A stretch of 64,000 nucleotides of DNA from Opitutales bacterium (lineage in GTDB: Bacteria > Verrucomicrobiota > Verrucomicrobiia > Opitutales > UBA2987), in NCBI GenBank assembly GCA_965226885.1, contig CBDDEL010000016.1, positions 544,001-608,000 on the forward strand, in the 5' to 3' direction. Under the pieces are notes generated by a model. The model did not search any database and had not been told where the DNA came from. It worked only from the letters and a program-made list of their open reading frames with translations. Positions 10,659 to 20,589 of this stretch are shown piece after piece (positions within the stretch are counted from its first letter, which is position 1; each line of letters opens with the position of its first letter). A program made the translations under genes and the position numbers.

Positions 10659-11393
10659 ATGACAGTGGAAATAGAACGGATTCGTTTGCATAAATACCTG
10701 GCCAACGAGGGATTTTGCTCCCGCCGGGAGGCCGAGAGGTGGATTGGTGACGGCAAGATCAAGGTAAACGGCGTTACGGCCAAGATTGGCCAGAAAGTAG
10801 ATCCCGGTAAAGATATTATTACTGTCAGTGGAATTCCCGTTAAGCAGAGGCGGGCTTCCCCCGTAACGTTCATGTTGAACAAGCCCGCCGGTTTGGTTTG
10901 CAGCAACAAGGACCCCTTTCACAAGCAGACCGTCTTCGATCTGCTGCCCGCCCGCTACCGCCAACACCGGCTATTTTGCGCCGGAAGGCTGGACCTGGAG
11001 AGCGAGGGATTGCTTATCCTGACCAGCGACGGCGCCCTCGCCCAGCGCATCACCCATCCGCGCAATGAGATCATCAAGCGTTACCATGTATGGCTGAACA
11101 AACCGGCCGCCAACTCAGCCATTGCCGCCCTCTGTAGGGGAGTCCACATTGATGGCGAAAAACTGAAGGCCGAAAAAATTATTCCGATTGCTAAAGGAGC
11201 CCAGGCCGGCAAACAGTATGAGGTCCTCTTGAACCACGGACGCAAAAGGGAAATCCGCCGCATGTTCGAGCATTTCGGATGCTATGTCCGCCGCCTGCAG
11301 CGATATCAAATTGGCGGCTTGATTCTCCGGGGGCTGGGCTCGGGCCAATGCCGTCTTCTCACCGAAAAAGAAATAAATTTACTATTAGGCTGA
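10659..11393 (+). CDS. S4-domain rRNA pseudouridine synthase (RluB/RsuA family)
   Basis: RLHKYLA...SRREAE S4 domain, LNKPAG, GRLD, GRKREIRRM. Confidence 0.92.
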   Translation: MTVEIERIRLHKYLANEGFCSRREAERWIGDGKIKVNGVTAKIGQKVDPGKDIITVSGIPVKQRRASPVTFMLNKPAGLVCSNKDPFHKQTVFDLLPARYRQHRLFCAGRLDLESEGLLILTSDGALAQRITHPRNEIIKRYHVWLNKPAANSAIAALCRGVHIDGEKLKAEKIIPIAKGAQAGKQYEVLLNHGRKREIRRMFEHFGCYVRRLQRYQIGGLILRGLGSGQCRLLTEKEINLLLG

Positions 11394-11445
11394 CAAAGCC
11401 ATTTTCTTGTGCCAATTTTAAAAGCAGAAACCACCGGATAATTAA

Positions 11446-12225
11446 ATGGGAAAAATAACCCTCCTCCTTCTCCTCTTGACGATTGCCCCCGCGATCTCAA
11501 ATGCCGCGGAAAATATCGCCCTTTACCTGGCTCCCGACGCCGGTTCGCATAAATTAGCCAATATAAATACTGAGGATAAACGCCTGGCTGGGGCCGACCC
11601 GGTCATGGACGAAGACAACCGGGCGGAGGGATGGTACTGGCTTGGTTACCAAGGCAATTTCAAAGGTTTCGTGGAACTTAAAGAGGTGGCCAAAGATTTA
11701 TCGGTCAGACCCGGTGCCCTCGTATACTTGCGAGCCTCTTCCTCCAGCCCTGTCCTGACCGTAATTACGACGGAGGATGCGGCCGAGTTGATCTATGCCG
11801 AGGACTGGGCTGAAATCAGCTTTTCAAAATCTCTACCCTTATATTTCAAACACCCGTCGAAAACCCTGCCCGTCCTCAGTTTTGGGGATGAAACAACCAG
11901 GACACAGCCCGATGGCTCCGCCCCGATTGCAATTCCCGGAATCGTTCCTTCCGTTTACGCTAACCCATCGGCCGAGAGCCCCCCGCGATATTTTGAAGGC
12001 ATCCTTGAAAATGCCACTGGCTGGATCGGGAAAAAGCCGAAGTTTAAGTTTCAATTGGTTACCGGGCGGGGCAAACGCATCGCCTATGTCGATATTACAT
12101 CGCTGCTGGTTACTAAACCGATAATATACTATCTGGAGAAAAAAGTGTTGATTTATGGAGGAGCCATCGGCCTGGACAACTCCAAAGAAATTGTCGTTTA
12201 TGTCCGCACGATCCGTCTGCATTAA
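11446..12225 (+). CDS. Exported hypothetical protein (possible SH3-like domain)
   Basis: N-terminal signal peptide; 259-aa open frame. Confidence 0.6.
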   Translation: MGKITLLLLLLTIAPAISNAAENIALYLAPDAGSHKLANINTEDKRLAGADPVMDEDNRAEGWYWLGYQGNFKGFVELKEVAKDLSVRPGALVYLRASSSSPVLTVITTEDAAELIYAEDWAEISFSKSLPLYFKHPSKTLPVLSFGDETTRTQPDGSAPIAIPGIVPSVYANPSAESPPRYFEGILENATGWIGKKPKFKFQLVTGRGKRIAYVDITSLLVTKPIIYYLEKKVLIYGGAIGLDNSKEIVVYVRTIRLH

Positions 12226-12541
12226 TGGACTCATGGCAGGTTTCACGGAATAGTGAAATCGAATTAAATCCACTACAAATATCGGAAAATAATGAATTCC
12301 GTCCCGGTTTTGTTAAGTTTTATGTAAAAATCCTGTAATTTTTTCCGAAATAGGGATGGATTATCATAGAAATCTTGAACTTTATATCTTAAAAGTTAAT
12401 ATTCGCGTCTATATTTTCTTCTTGATTTAAAATTTTTAAAAGCAACACAGAGGGTCCAGAAAATACTTCATGGGAAAGATCCTAATCCCGCGAAACGGCG
12501 CGTGACAAGCGGGATTAATTTTTCATTTCTTCCTTTAATTG

Positions 12542-14049
12542 GAGGCTGTCCCAAAAGGGTGATTTTTGCGAGGGCTTTTGCGAGGGCTTTTGATAGGCGC
12601 TCATTTTAGAGGTATTTGCATTTGGGAGAGTATCAACTTTGCTCTCCTATGACGTTAGGATACTGGTTTTGGGGTCCGGTTGCCTGGTTTTCTTTGTATG
12701 AGCCGACAGTAAGGCTGTGAAAAAGTATTGTCCTTGCTTTTCCGCTCTCTAGGCCGCCGCTTTGGTTTTTAGTTCGTCTTGCTGGGCCAGCATCTTGGCT
12801 ACTTTCCATAGGTTGTGCGAGAGTACCGACCAGGCTACGCTGATCGAGCGGTTGGCAAAGCCTTTGCTGCGCAACCGCCCGGCCTGCCAGCGATTCTTCA
12901 ATACCCCGATCCGCCCTTCGGTGCTGGCCCGGCGCTTTTGCAATTGTCTGAACAGTGGTTCCTCCATCCGTTTTTTCAACTGCTTCGGAGCCCGTGCACA
13001 GAGCGCGTCGTAGATTCCCTCCTGGGCTAACTGCCGGCGGGCCCGCTGGGAGGCAAATCCCCGGTCCGCGCACATGGCCGCTATGGGTTCTTCCAGGTTG
13101 AAGCGGTTCTGTCTTTGCAAACTCTCTTGCATTTGTTCATTTTCGCTTGGAGTTCGGCTGCCGTAGAGTTTCCAGTCCAGCAGGTACCCTTCAACGCTTT
13201 CTCCCAAAAACAGGGTGTTGCCGAACTCGACCTCTTGGCCCGCTTTACCTCGCACAATCACCTGCACATCGAGTTCGTAAACACTCAAGACTTTCTCTGC
13301 GTTTTTCACCTGGCGGCCGCCAATGATCCGCTCGTGCGCCTGTTTGATGACCACCGGGATTTGCTCGCTCATGCGCTCCATCCGGGCGAGGATCTGTTGG
13401 ACCTGTTTTTCGCTATAATCGCTTTGCTCCCAGCAGGCTTGCAATAATTCCCGGTGACTGCGGGCATGCTCCCCGATCCGTTTGAGCAGCTTTTTCATCT
13501 GCCTCAAGATACCCTTGCGCTGCCGCGCGCTGTCCTTTCGCCGCCGGCTGTGGGTCATCTGTATGCACAGCCGATTCATCTGCCGAGCCAAGGGCTCCGG
13601 TTCGATCGGCATGCGATGGCGCACACCGGCCTTCTCGCGGATCAGCCGGATCGCTTTGAGCAACGTGCCGGCTACATCCTTGAGTAATACCCAGTCCGTC
13701 GGCCAATGAATGTTAGCCTCCAAACAGGTGCCGTCGATCAGGCAAATGGTGGTGTCAATCGGCTTGTCCAATCCCACCTGCCGGGCCAGAAGGGCATCGC
13801 CCACCACCTCAGCCAAGGTCCGGTGCAAGGCCCTCAACTGCTCTTCGCTGAAAAACTTCGAGGCCCGCTCCAGGGTGCTTTTGGAGATGCCCCTGATGCC
13901 ATCGATCTGCCGGACACGGCAAAAGTCGGCCAACAGATCGCTGCTGCCCAGAGCCCGCGACAAATGCCGAAACGAAATCCCTCCGAGCAGACGGCCCAGC
14001 GTATCCATGCGCAGTGCCTTGATGGCAAAACTGGCCCGCTGCCGCCGGG
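12542..14049 (-). mobile_element. IS5-like element, copy 1, 5' end lost at the IS3-A junction
   Basis: Right TIR GAGGCTGTCCCAAAA at 12542; transposase remnant 12749-14049. Confidence 0.92.
12749..14049 (-). pseudogene. IS5-family transposase, N-terminally truncated
   Basis: Matches 45503-46984 but lacks the first ~60 codons. Confidence 0.88.
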
Positions 14050-14227
14050 TGATGTGCACTGGAAAAAGTGGACACGAGATTCTCCTAAATGGAGAATCGA
14101 AGCATGGGAAGAAGACGCTTTAGTATAGAGTTCAAAAATGAGGCAGTTCAACTGATGATACTTGAAATGGACGGGGAAAACTGGACAGTGGAATAAGGTG
14201 GTCTTGAACCACTAAATCCGCTAACCT

Positions 14228-14533
14228 ATGAATGTTATTAAATCACGAAAGAGAAGACAATACAGTGCTGAGTTTAAAGCCCGAGTGGCCCTGGAAGCCA
14301 TCAGGGGCGCTCATACCATCAACGAGATCGCCGGTCGTTTTGAGGTGCATCCCAACCAGGTGACCCAATGGAAGAAGCAGCTTTTGCAGGGAGCAACGGA
14401 GCTGTTTTCGCGCCAGCGGCAGACTCTCAGCAAGGACAACGAGACGGAAAAAGATCACCTTTACCAGGAGATTGGAAAGCTGAAAGTAGAATGCGATTGG
14501 CTAAAAAAAAAGTCTGAACAATTCGGTTGGTGA
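14228..14533 (+). CDS. IS3-family OrfA
   Basis: RRQYSAEFKARVALEA, VHPNQVTQWKK; A9G run (WLKKK). Confidence 0.9.
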   Translation: MNVIKSRKRRQYSAEFKARVALEAIRGAHTINEIAGRFEVHPNQVTQWKKQLLQGATELFSRQRQTLSKDNETEKDHLYQEIGKLKVECDWLKKKSEQFGW

Positions 14534-14543
14534 GAGGCGCAAG

Positions 14544-15407
14544 ATGGTGCAACCACTTCAAGGAAAAATCAGTATCGGCAGGCAATGTCAGTTGCTGGGG
14601 CTGGCCCGCGGCAGCTATTACTATCGGGCCCGTGCCCAGTGCGAGCAGAACGTTCTCTACATGCATCGCATGGATGAGCTCTACACCCAATATCCGTTTT
14701 TTGGTTCTCGCCGGATGACCCAGTGGCTGCGTCGAGAGGGCCATGCAGTGGGACGAGGCCGCATCCAGCGGCTCATGCGCCAAATGGGCCTGGAGGCTAT
14801 TTATCCGCGTCGAAACTTGAGCCAGGGGCACCGGCAGCACCGCATTTTCCCTTATCTGCTGCGGGGTTTGGCGGTCGAGCGGCCCGACCAGGTATGGTGC
14901 AGCGACATCACTTACCTGCGGCTGAGCCGAGGATTCCTTTTCTTGACCGTGGTGTTGGACTGGTTCAGCCGCTACGTGTTGAGCTGGCAGCTTTCCAACA
15001 CCCTGGAGAGCCGCTTCTGTGTGCTCGCCCTGGAGGAAGCTCTGAGGCGGGCCCAACCTCAAATCTTCAACACCGATCAAGGCAGCCAGTTTACCGGCAG
15101 CGAGTTCACCTCGGTGCTGGGGCAAGCCGGGGTGCGCATCAGCATGGACGGGCGTGGCCGCTACCTGGACAACATATTTGTTGAACGCTTTTGGAGAACC
15201 CTCAAGTATGAAGACATTTACCTGCGCGAATACGCCACGGCAAAGGAAGCCAGCGAAGGGATAGCCCGCTACCTGGACTTCTACAACCACCTGCGCCCCC
15301 ACCAAGCCCTGGGCTACCGGACCCCGGCCGAAGTCCATGCAATCGGAGCAAAACCAACCTCCCCGCCAATACAGCTTGCGGGCACCTGCGTGCCCGTCTT
15401 TGGCTAA
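14544..15407 (+). CDS. IS3-family OrfB DDE transposase
   Basis: WCSDITY, FNTDQGSQF, DNIFVERFWRTLKYE. Confidence 0.92.
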   Translation: MVQPLQGKISIGRQCQLLGLARGSYYYRARAQCEQNVLYMHRMDELYTQYPFFGSRRMTQWLRREGHAVGRGRIQRLMRQMGLEAIYPRRNLSQGHRQHRIFPYLLRGLAVERPDQVWCSDITYLRLSRGFLFLTVVLDWFSRYVLSWQLSNTLESRFCVLALEEALRRAQPQIFNTDQGSQFTGSEFTSVLGQAGVRISMDGRGRYLDNIFVERFWRTLKYEDIYLREYATAKEASEGIARYLDFYNHLRPHQALGYRTPAEVHAIGAKPTSPPIQLAGTCVPVFG

Positions 15408-15495
15408 GGACAAAATATATTTTTAAAAAATAATATGAACACGATTTCCACCTTAATCCCACGTCAAAATTGTCCAAACAACCCCGTCCACTTCA

Positions 15496-16392
15496 ACTCG
15501 ATGGTCTGAGCGCCACCGAGGTATCGACCAAACTTGGGGTCAACACCAACCAATTGTATAGGTGGAAGAGGCTCTATCTGGACGATCAGCAGGGCGGATC
15601 GAGGACGAGGGAATCAAGGGGGCGATCCTGAAGGTACACAAAGAGGCCAAGGGCCGCTATGGGCATCGGCCAATGCACCGCCATCTGAAGGATGATGAGG
15701 GCATCGATTGCGGCCGTGACCGGGCTCTGCGTCTGATGCGTGAAATGGGAATCAAAAGCACCCAGAGTAAACGCTTTAAGCCATTAAAAACCAACAGTAA
15801 CCATCCCTATGGTTACAGCCCCAATGTGCTTAAAAAGCATGGCCAGCCGACCCATATCGACGAGGTCTGGGTGGCGGACACGACCTACCTACGGACCCTG
15901 GCCGGTTGGATGTACTTGGCCACGGTGATGGACCTGTTCAGCCGACGCCTGCTGGGCTGGAGCGTTTCCAACCACAACGACGCGAAGCTGGTTGGCAAGG
16001 CCCTCAAAGCCGCGGCCATGACCCGCGGCACACTGCGCACCGGGATTATTCATCACAGCGATCGGGGCAGCCCCTACGCCAGCGACGACTATCAGAGGCT
16101 GGTCTCTGAACTAGGCATGAAGCCGAGCATGAGCGCCCAAGGCAACTGCTACGACAACGCGGCCATGGAATCGTTCTACGGCCGCTTCAAGACCAGCACG
16201 ATTCGAGGCCGCCACTTTGCCGACGAGCGCGAACTGCGATCAACTGTCTTCGAATACGTGGAAATCTTCTACAACCGATATCGCAAACATTCCTCTCTGA
16301 GTTACCAAAGCCCAGTCCAATTCGAGGAAAATATTTGCCCCCCATGGGGGGCAACGAGAAAACAAAACCCTTTACCAAAACAAGCCGCCTGA
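15496..16392 (+). pseudogene. IS3-A orfA/orfB remnant with internal deletion
   Basis: 276-aa frame versus 362-aa frame in intact copies. Confidence 0.85.
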
Positions 16393-16455
16393 CACACTAA
16401 TCAATAAACAATGAATATAAGAGAATCCCGTGTCCAACAAATCCAGTACACGTCA

Positions 16456-16793
16456 TGAAGCCGAGCATGAGCGCCCAAGGCAACTGCTACGACAACGCGG
16501 CCATGGAATCGTTCTACGGCCGCTTCAAGACCAGCACGATTCGAGGCCGCCACTTTGCCGACGAGCGCGAACTGCGATCAACTGTCTTCGAATACGTGGA
16601 AATCTTCTACAACCGATATCGCAAACATTCCTCTCTGAGTTACCAAAGCCCAGTCCAATTCGAGGAAAATATTTGCCCCCCATGGGGGGCAACGAGAAAA
16701 CAAAACCCTTTACCAAAACAAGCCGCCTGACACACTAATCAATAAACAATGAATATAAGAGAATCCCGTGTCCAACAAATCCAGTACACGTCA
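16456..16793 (+). repeat. Tandem duplication of the 3' 338 bp of IS3-A, including the right end
   Basis: Repeats 16118-16455; junction shares CA. Confidence 0.9.
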
Positions 16794-17060
16794 CATTGCC
16801 ATTGATGAGCCACCCTTCCACACCCCACATTCAACCATAGCTCCACCTATTTCGTTCTTCACAACATATTGAACCGCATCAATCAGCGCATTCACTCTTT
16901 CTGGCTTTGTCATGGTATAGGGTTTTACAATTTGATAGATCCCTATATTTAGGTTGCTGAAATCAGGTGGGTTGTCCGAGTTTTTCCTTGGATATCGAAC
17001 GATGTCAAATCCAGCCCTCTGTATCAGTGGTTGAATGATGGTTGTGAAGATTCTTTTCAT
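16794..17060 (-). pseudogene. TylF/MycF-family O-methyltransferase, C-terminally truncated by the IS3-A end
   Basis: VKPYTMTKPERVNAL...IGGAMVECGVWKGGSSM then IS sequence. Confidence 0.85.
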
Positions 17061-17084
17061 TATTTCTTCTTGTGTTGTTTGGCC

Positions 17085-17148
17085 ATCTAACGTGTAGGCT
17101 GACAGACGGCGGCGCTAACCGGCGTTATCGTCGAGCCGCTTGTTCGCA
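17085..17148 (-). other. attC-like integron cassette recombination site
   Basis: Minus strand TGCGAAC AAGC GGCTCGAC ... GTC-AGCC TACAC GTTAGAT: R''/R' boxes, L boxes with one extrahelical base, 64 bp, 24 nt before the TylF start. Confidence 0.65.
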
Positions 17149-17225
17149 GCTAATACCATATCTTGAAGTGGACGGGGTTGTTTGGACAATTTTGACGTGG
17201 GATTAAGGTGGAAATCGTGTTCATA

Positions 17226-18116
17226 TTATTTTTTAAAAATATATTTTGTCCTTAGCCAAAGACGGGCACGCAGGTGCCCGCAAGCTGTATTGGCGGGGAG
17301 GTTGGTTTTGCTCCGATTGCATGGACTTCGGGCCGGGGTCCGGTAGCCCAGGGCTTGGTGGGGGCGCAGGTGGTTGTAGAAGTCCAGGTAGCGGGCTATC
17401 CCTTCGCTGGCTTCCTTTGCCGTGGCGTATTCGCGCAGGTAAATGTCTTCATACTTGAGGGTTCTCCAAAAGCGTTCAACAAATATGTTGTCCAGGTAGC
17501 GGCCACGCCCGTCCATGCTGATGCGCACCCCGGCTTGCCCCAGCACCGAGGTGAACTCGCTGCCGGTAAACTGGCTGCCTTGATCGGTGTTGAAGATTTG
17601 AGGTTGGGCCCGCCTCAGAGCTTCCTCCAGGGCGAGCACACAGAAGCGGCTCTCCAGGGTGTTGGAAAGCTGCCAGCTCAACACGTAGCGGCTGAACCAG
17701 TCCAACACCACGGTCAAGAAAAGGAATCCTCGGCTCAGCCGCAGGTAAGTGATGTCGCTGCACCATACCTGGTCGGGCCGCTCGACCGCCAAACCCCGCA
17801 GCAGATAAGGGAAAATGCGGTGCTGCCGGTGCCCCTGGCTCAAGTTTCGACGCGGATAAATAGCCTCCAGGCCCATTTGGCGCATGAGCCGCTGGATGCG
17901 GCCTCGTCCCACTGCATGGCCCTCTCGACGCAGCCACTGGGTCATCCGGCGAGAACCAAAAAACGGATATTGGGTGTAGAGCTCATCCATGCGATGCATG
18001 TAGAGAACGTTCTGCTCGCACTGGGCACGGGCCCGATAGTAATAGCTGCCGCGGGCCAGCCCCAGCAACTGACATTGCCTGCCGATACTGATTTTTCCTT
18101 GAAGTGGTTGCACCAT
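17226..18116 (-). CDS. IS3-family OrfB (frameshifted C-terminal tail)
   Basis: Identical to 14544-15407 up to YRTPA. Confidence 0.88.
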   Translation of the reverse strand: MVQPLQGKISIGRQCQLLGLARGSYYYRARAQCEQNVLYMHRMDELYTQYPFFGSRRMTQWLRREGHAVGRGRIQRLMRQMGLEAIYPRRNLSQGHRQHRIFPYLLRGLAVERPDQVWCSDITYLRLSRGFLFLTVVLDWFSRYVLSWQLSNTLESRFCVLALEEALRRAQPQIFNTDQGSQFTGSEFTSVLGQAGVRISMDGRGRYLDNIFVERFWRTLKYEDIYLREYATAKEASEGIARYLDFYNHLRPHQALGYRTPARSPCNRSKTNLPANTACGHLRARLWLRTKYIFKK

Positions 18117-18126
18117 CTTGCGCCTC

Positions 18127-18432
18127 TCACCAACCGAATTGTTCAGACTTTTTTTTTAGCCAATCGCATTCTACTTTCAGCTTTCCAATCTCCTGGTAAA
18201 GGTGATCTTTTTCCGTCTCGTTGTCCTTGCTGAGAGTCTGCCGCTGGCGCGAAAACAGCTCCGTTGCTCCCTGCAAAAGCTGCTTCTTCCATTGGGTCAC
18301 CTGGTTGGGATGCACCTCAAAACGACCGGCGATCTCGTTGATGGTATGAGCGCCCCTGATGGCTTCCAGGGCCACTCGGGCTTTAAACTCAGCACTGTAT
18401 TGTCTTCTCTTTCGTGATTTAATAACATTCAT
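18127..18432 (-). CDS. IS3-family OrfA
   Basis: Identical to 14228-14533. Confidence 0.9.
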   Translation of the reverse strand: MNVIKSRKRRQYSAEFKARVALEAIRGAHTINEIAGRFEVHPNQVTQWKKQLLQGATELFSRQRQTLSKDNETEKDHLYQEIGKLKVECDWLKKKSEQFGW

Positions 18433-18698
18433 AGGTTAGCGGATTTAGTGGTTCAAGACCACCTTATTCCACTGTCCAGTTTTCCCCGTCCATTTCATCT
18501 GTGCATCTCTTTCCAAGTGCCCTCGATCAATTCAATAATCGATGCCCCCCAAAGGTAATAGTGTCTGGAAATTTCTCTGAACCGAGATTTCCCATATGAA
18601 CATTCATAATCGTTGAAAATTGCTACTTTCCAATATTTCGATCCAATTTTTTGCTTTCATTGCGATTTGGCAATCGTTTTTTGGTATCTGCCTTTCGA

Positions 18699-18866
18699 TT
18701 AGTGAACCTTCCGCCCTGCCTGGACAAGATCAGGCAACAGGAAACAGAACTTCAAAAAGCTGATAATCCAGACGAACCAGGAGACGTAAACAATGTATAT
18801 GGGCGTCAGGTTCATACCGCCAAGCAAGATCACTGAGATTGCCATTACCTGACCGCAGATGCTCAT
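18699..18866 (-). CDS. Possible small membrane protein (55 aa)
   Basis: Hand translation MSICGQVMAISVILLGGMNLTPIYIVYVSWFVWIISFLKFCFLLPDLVQAGRKVH. Confidence 0.35.
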   Translation of the reverse strand: MSICGQVMAISVILLGGMNLTPIYIVYVSWFVWIISFLKFCFLLPDLVQAGRKVH

Positions 18867-19077
18867 TGCCAATTCCTTCGCCCAGCGGGGAATGCGTCTG
18901 ACAAAAAAGCTGTGTCAGTCTGTTTCGAATCCAATTGACGAAATCGCTGAAGTTCCGTACATTTGGAGGCGTTTATTGGTGACGCTGAACGATCTCATCT
19001 GCTAGCCTGTACGACCGAAGACGGGATTTCGCTGTCATGGACCGGGTCAAGTCATATTCAAACAAGGAGAAATAGAT

Positions 19078-19182
19078 ATGGGTTTCAAAGGGAAAAAAGA
19101 TAAGGGCAAAAGGGAAAAACAAAAAAAGGCCATGCTTAGTCCAAAGGAAAAACGAAAATTGAAAAAAGAAAAGAAGAAATAA
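19078..19182 (+). CDS. Small Lys-rich protein (34 aa)
   Basis: AAGGAG RBS, then MGFKGKKDKGKREKQKKAMLSPKEKRKLKKEKKK*. Confidence 0.6.
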   Translation: MGFKGKKDKGKREKQKKAMLSPKEKRKLKKEKKK

Positions 19183-19366
19183 ATGCGCAGTGCAAACCGT
19201 TGCAAATAGCGGCCAGACATTGCCGCTTTATAGTCTTTTTAAGCCTGCAAAAGCTCAGGCTTGTTCATTTTCCAGGCGGCAGCCCCAGCTAACAGGGTCA
19301 TCAATACGATGATGCCCCATTCGTTCATGATGTGCACTGGAAAAAGTGGACACGAGATTCTCCTAA

Positions 19367-19675
19367 ATGGAGAATCGAAGCATGGGAAGAAGACGCAGTA
19401 TAGAGTTCAAAAATGAGGCAGTTCAACTGATGATACTCGATGGTCTGAGCGCCACCGAGGTATCGACCAAACTTGGGGTCAACACCAACCAATTGTATAG
19501 GTGGAAGAGGCTCTATCTGGACGATCAGCAGGGCGAAGCCACCTCAAAGCGACAGAGCAGTCCGAAGGAGATGGCGGCCGAGATAGATCGTCTTCGCAAA
19601 GAGCTGCGCCGCTCGGAGCGGATCAACCAGATACTAAAAAAAACGGTGGGCTACTTTGCCAAGGACGAACAATGA
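19367..19675 (+). CDS. IS3-family OrfA
   Basis: As 58-369 minus one codon. Confidence 0.9.
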   Translation: MENRSMGRRRSIEFKNEAVQLMILDGLSATEVSTKLGVNTNQLYRWKRLYLDDQQGEATSKRQSSPKEMAAEIDRLRKELRRSERINQILKKTVGYFAKDEQ

Positions 19676-20589
19676 AGTACCAGTTTGTCAAAGACAACGA
19701 GGGGCGCTTCAAGATCGAGGAAATATGCTCGGCGATGGGGATTTGTCGCAGTGGCTATTACTGCTGGAGGCACCGAGCGCCCTCGGCCCGGCGGATCGAG
19801 GACGAGGGAATCAAGGGGGCGATCCTGAAGGTACACAAAGAGGCCAAGGGCCGCTATGGGCATCGGCCAATGCACCGCCATCTGAAGGATGATGAGGGCA
19901 TCGATTGCGGCCGTGACCGGGCTCTGCGTCTGATGCGTGAAATGGGAATCAAAAGCACCCAGAGTAAACGCTTTAAGCCATTAAAAACCAACAGTAACCA
20001 TCCCTATGGTTACAGCCCCAATGTGCTTAAAAAGCATGGCCAGCCGACCCATATCGACGAGGTCTGGGTGGCGGACACGACCTACCTACGGACCCTGGCC
20101 GGTTGGATGTACTTGGCCACGGTGATGGACCTGTTCAGCCGACGCCTGCTGGGCTGGAGCGTTTCCAACCACAACGACGCGAAGCTGGTTGGCAAGGCCC
20201 TCAAAGCCGCGGCCATGACCCGCGGCACACTGCGCACCGGGATTATTCATCACAGCGATCGGGGCAGCCCCTACGCCAGCGACGACTATCAGAGGCTGGT
20301 CTCTGAACTAGACATGAAGCCGAGCATGAGCGGCCAAGGCAACTGCTACGACAACGCGGCCATGGAATCGTTCTACGGCCGCTTCAAGACCAGCACGATT
20401 CGAGGCCGCCACTTTGCCGACGAGCGCGAACTGCGATCAACTGTCTTCGAATACGTGGAAATCTTCTACAACCGATATCGCAAACATTCCTCTCTGAGTT
20501 ACCAAAGCCCAGTCCAATTCGAGGAAAATATTTGCCCCCCATGGGGGGCAACGAGAAAACAAAACCCTTTACCAAAACAAGCCGCCTGA
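19672..20589 (+). CDS. IS3-family OrfB DDE transposase
   Basis: As 366-1283. Confidence 0.92.
   Translation: MKYQFVKDNEGRFKIEEICSAMGICRSGYYCWRHRAPSARRIEDEGIKGAILKVHKEAKGRYGHRPMHRHLKDDEGIDCGRDRALRLMREMGIKSTQSKRFKPLKTNSNHPYGYSPNVLKKHGQPTHIDEVWVADTTYLRTLAGWMYLATVMDLFSRRLLGWSVSNHNDAKLVGKALKAAAMTRGTLRTGIIHHSDRGSPYASDDYQRLVSELDMKPSMSGQGNCYDNAAMESFYGRFKTSTIRGRHFADERELRSTVFEYVEIFYNRYRKHSSLSYQSPVQFEENICPPWGATRKQNPLPKQAA

Larger units (their letters stand above)
14163..15495 (+). mobile_element. IS3-family element 'IS3-B', copy 1 (1333 bp), TSD ACT
   Basis: TGAAATGGACGGGG...CCCCGTCCACTTCA; ACT duplicated on both sides within IS3-A orfA. Confidence 0.95.
14050..16455 (+). mobile_element. IS3-A copy 2, interrupted by IS3-B and carrying a 258-bp internal deletion
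   Basis: Both ends present; IS3-B inside orfA; deletion joins orfA to orfB at a GGCG microhomology near 15593. Confidence 0.92.
17164..18497 (-). mobile_element. IS3-B copy 2 (1334 bp), TSD TCT
   Basis: Both TIRs; TCT on both flanks; 1-bp insertion near the orfB end. Confidence 0.95.

Noticed and set aside
12483..12517. TAATCCCGC/GCGGGATTA hairpin
   Set aside because: Single stem next to an IS junction; no recognisable RNA family features
19186..19226. GCAAACC...GG hairpin as a c-di-GMP riboswitch
   Set aside because: Lacks the GAAA loop and GACGCAAA motif; it lies between convergent genes and is more likely a terminator-like hairpin
19287..19327. GCTAAC...GTTCA hairpin resembling a second attC
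   Set aside because: Too short, and it is the coding sequence of the severed IPTL-CTERM tail on the minus strand
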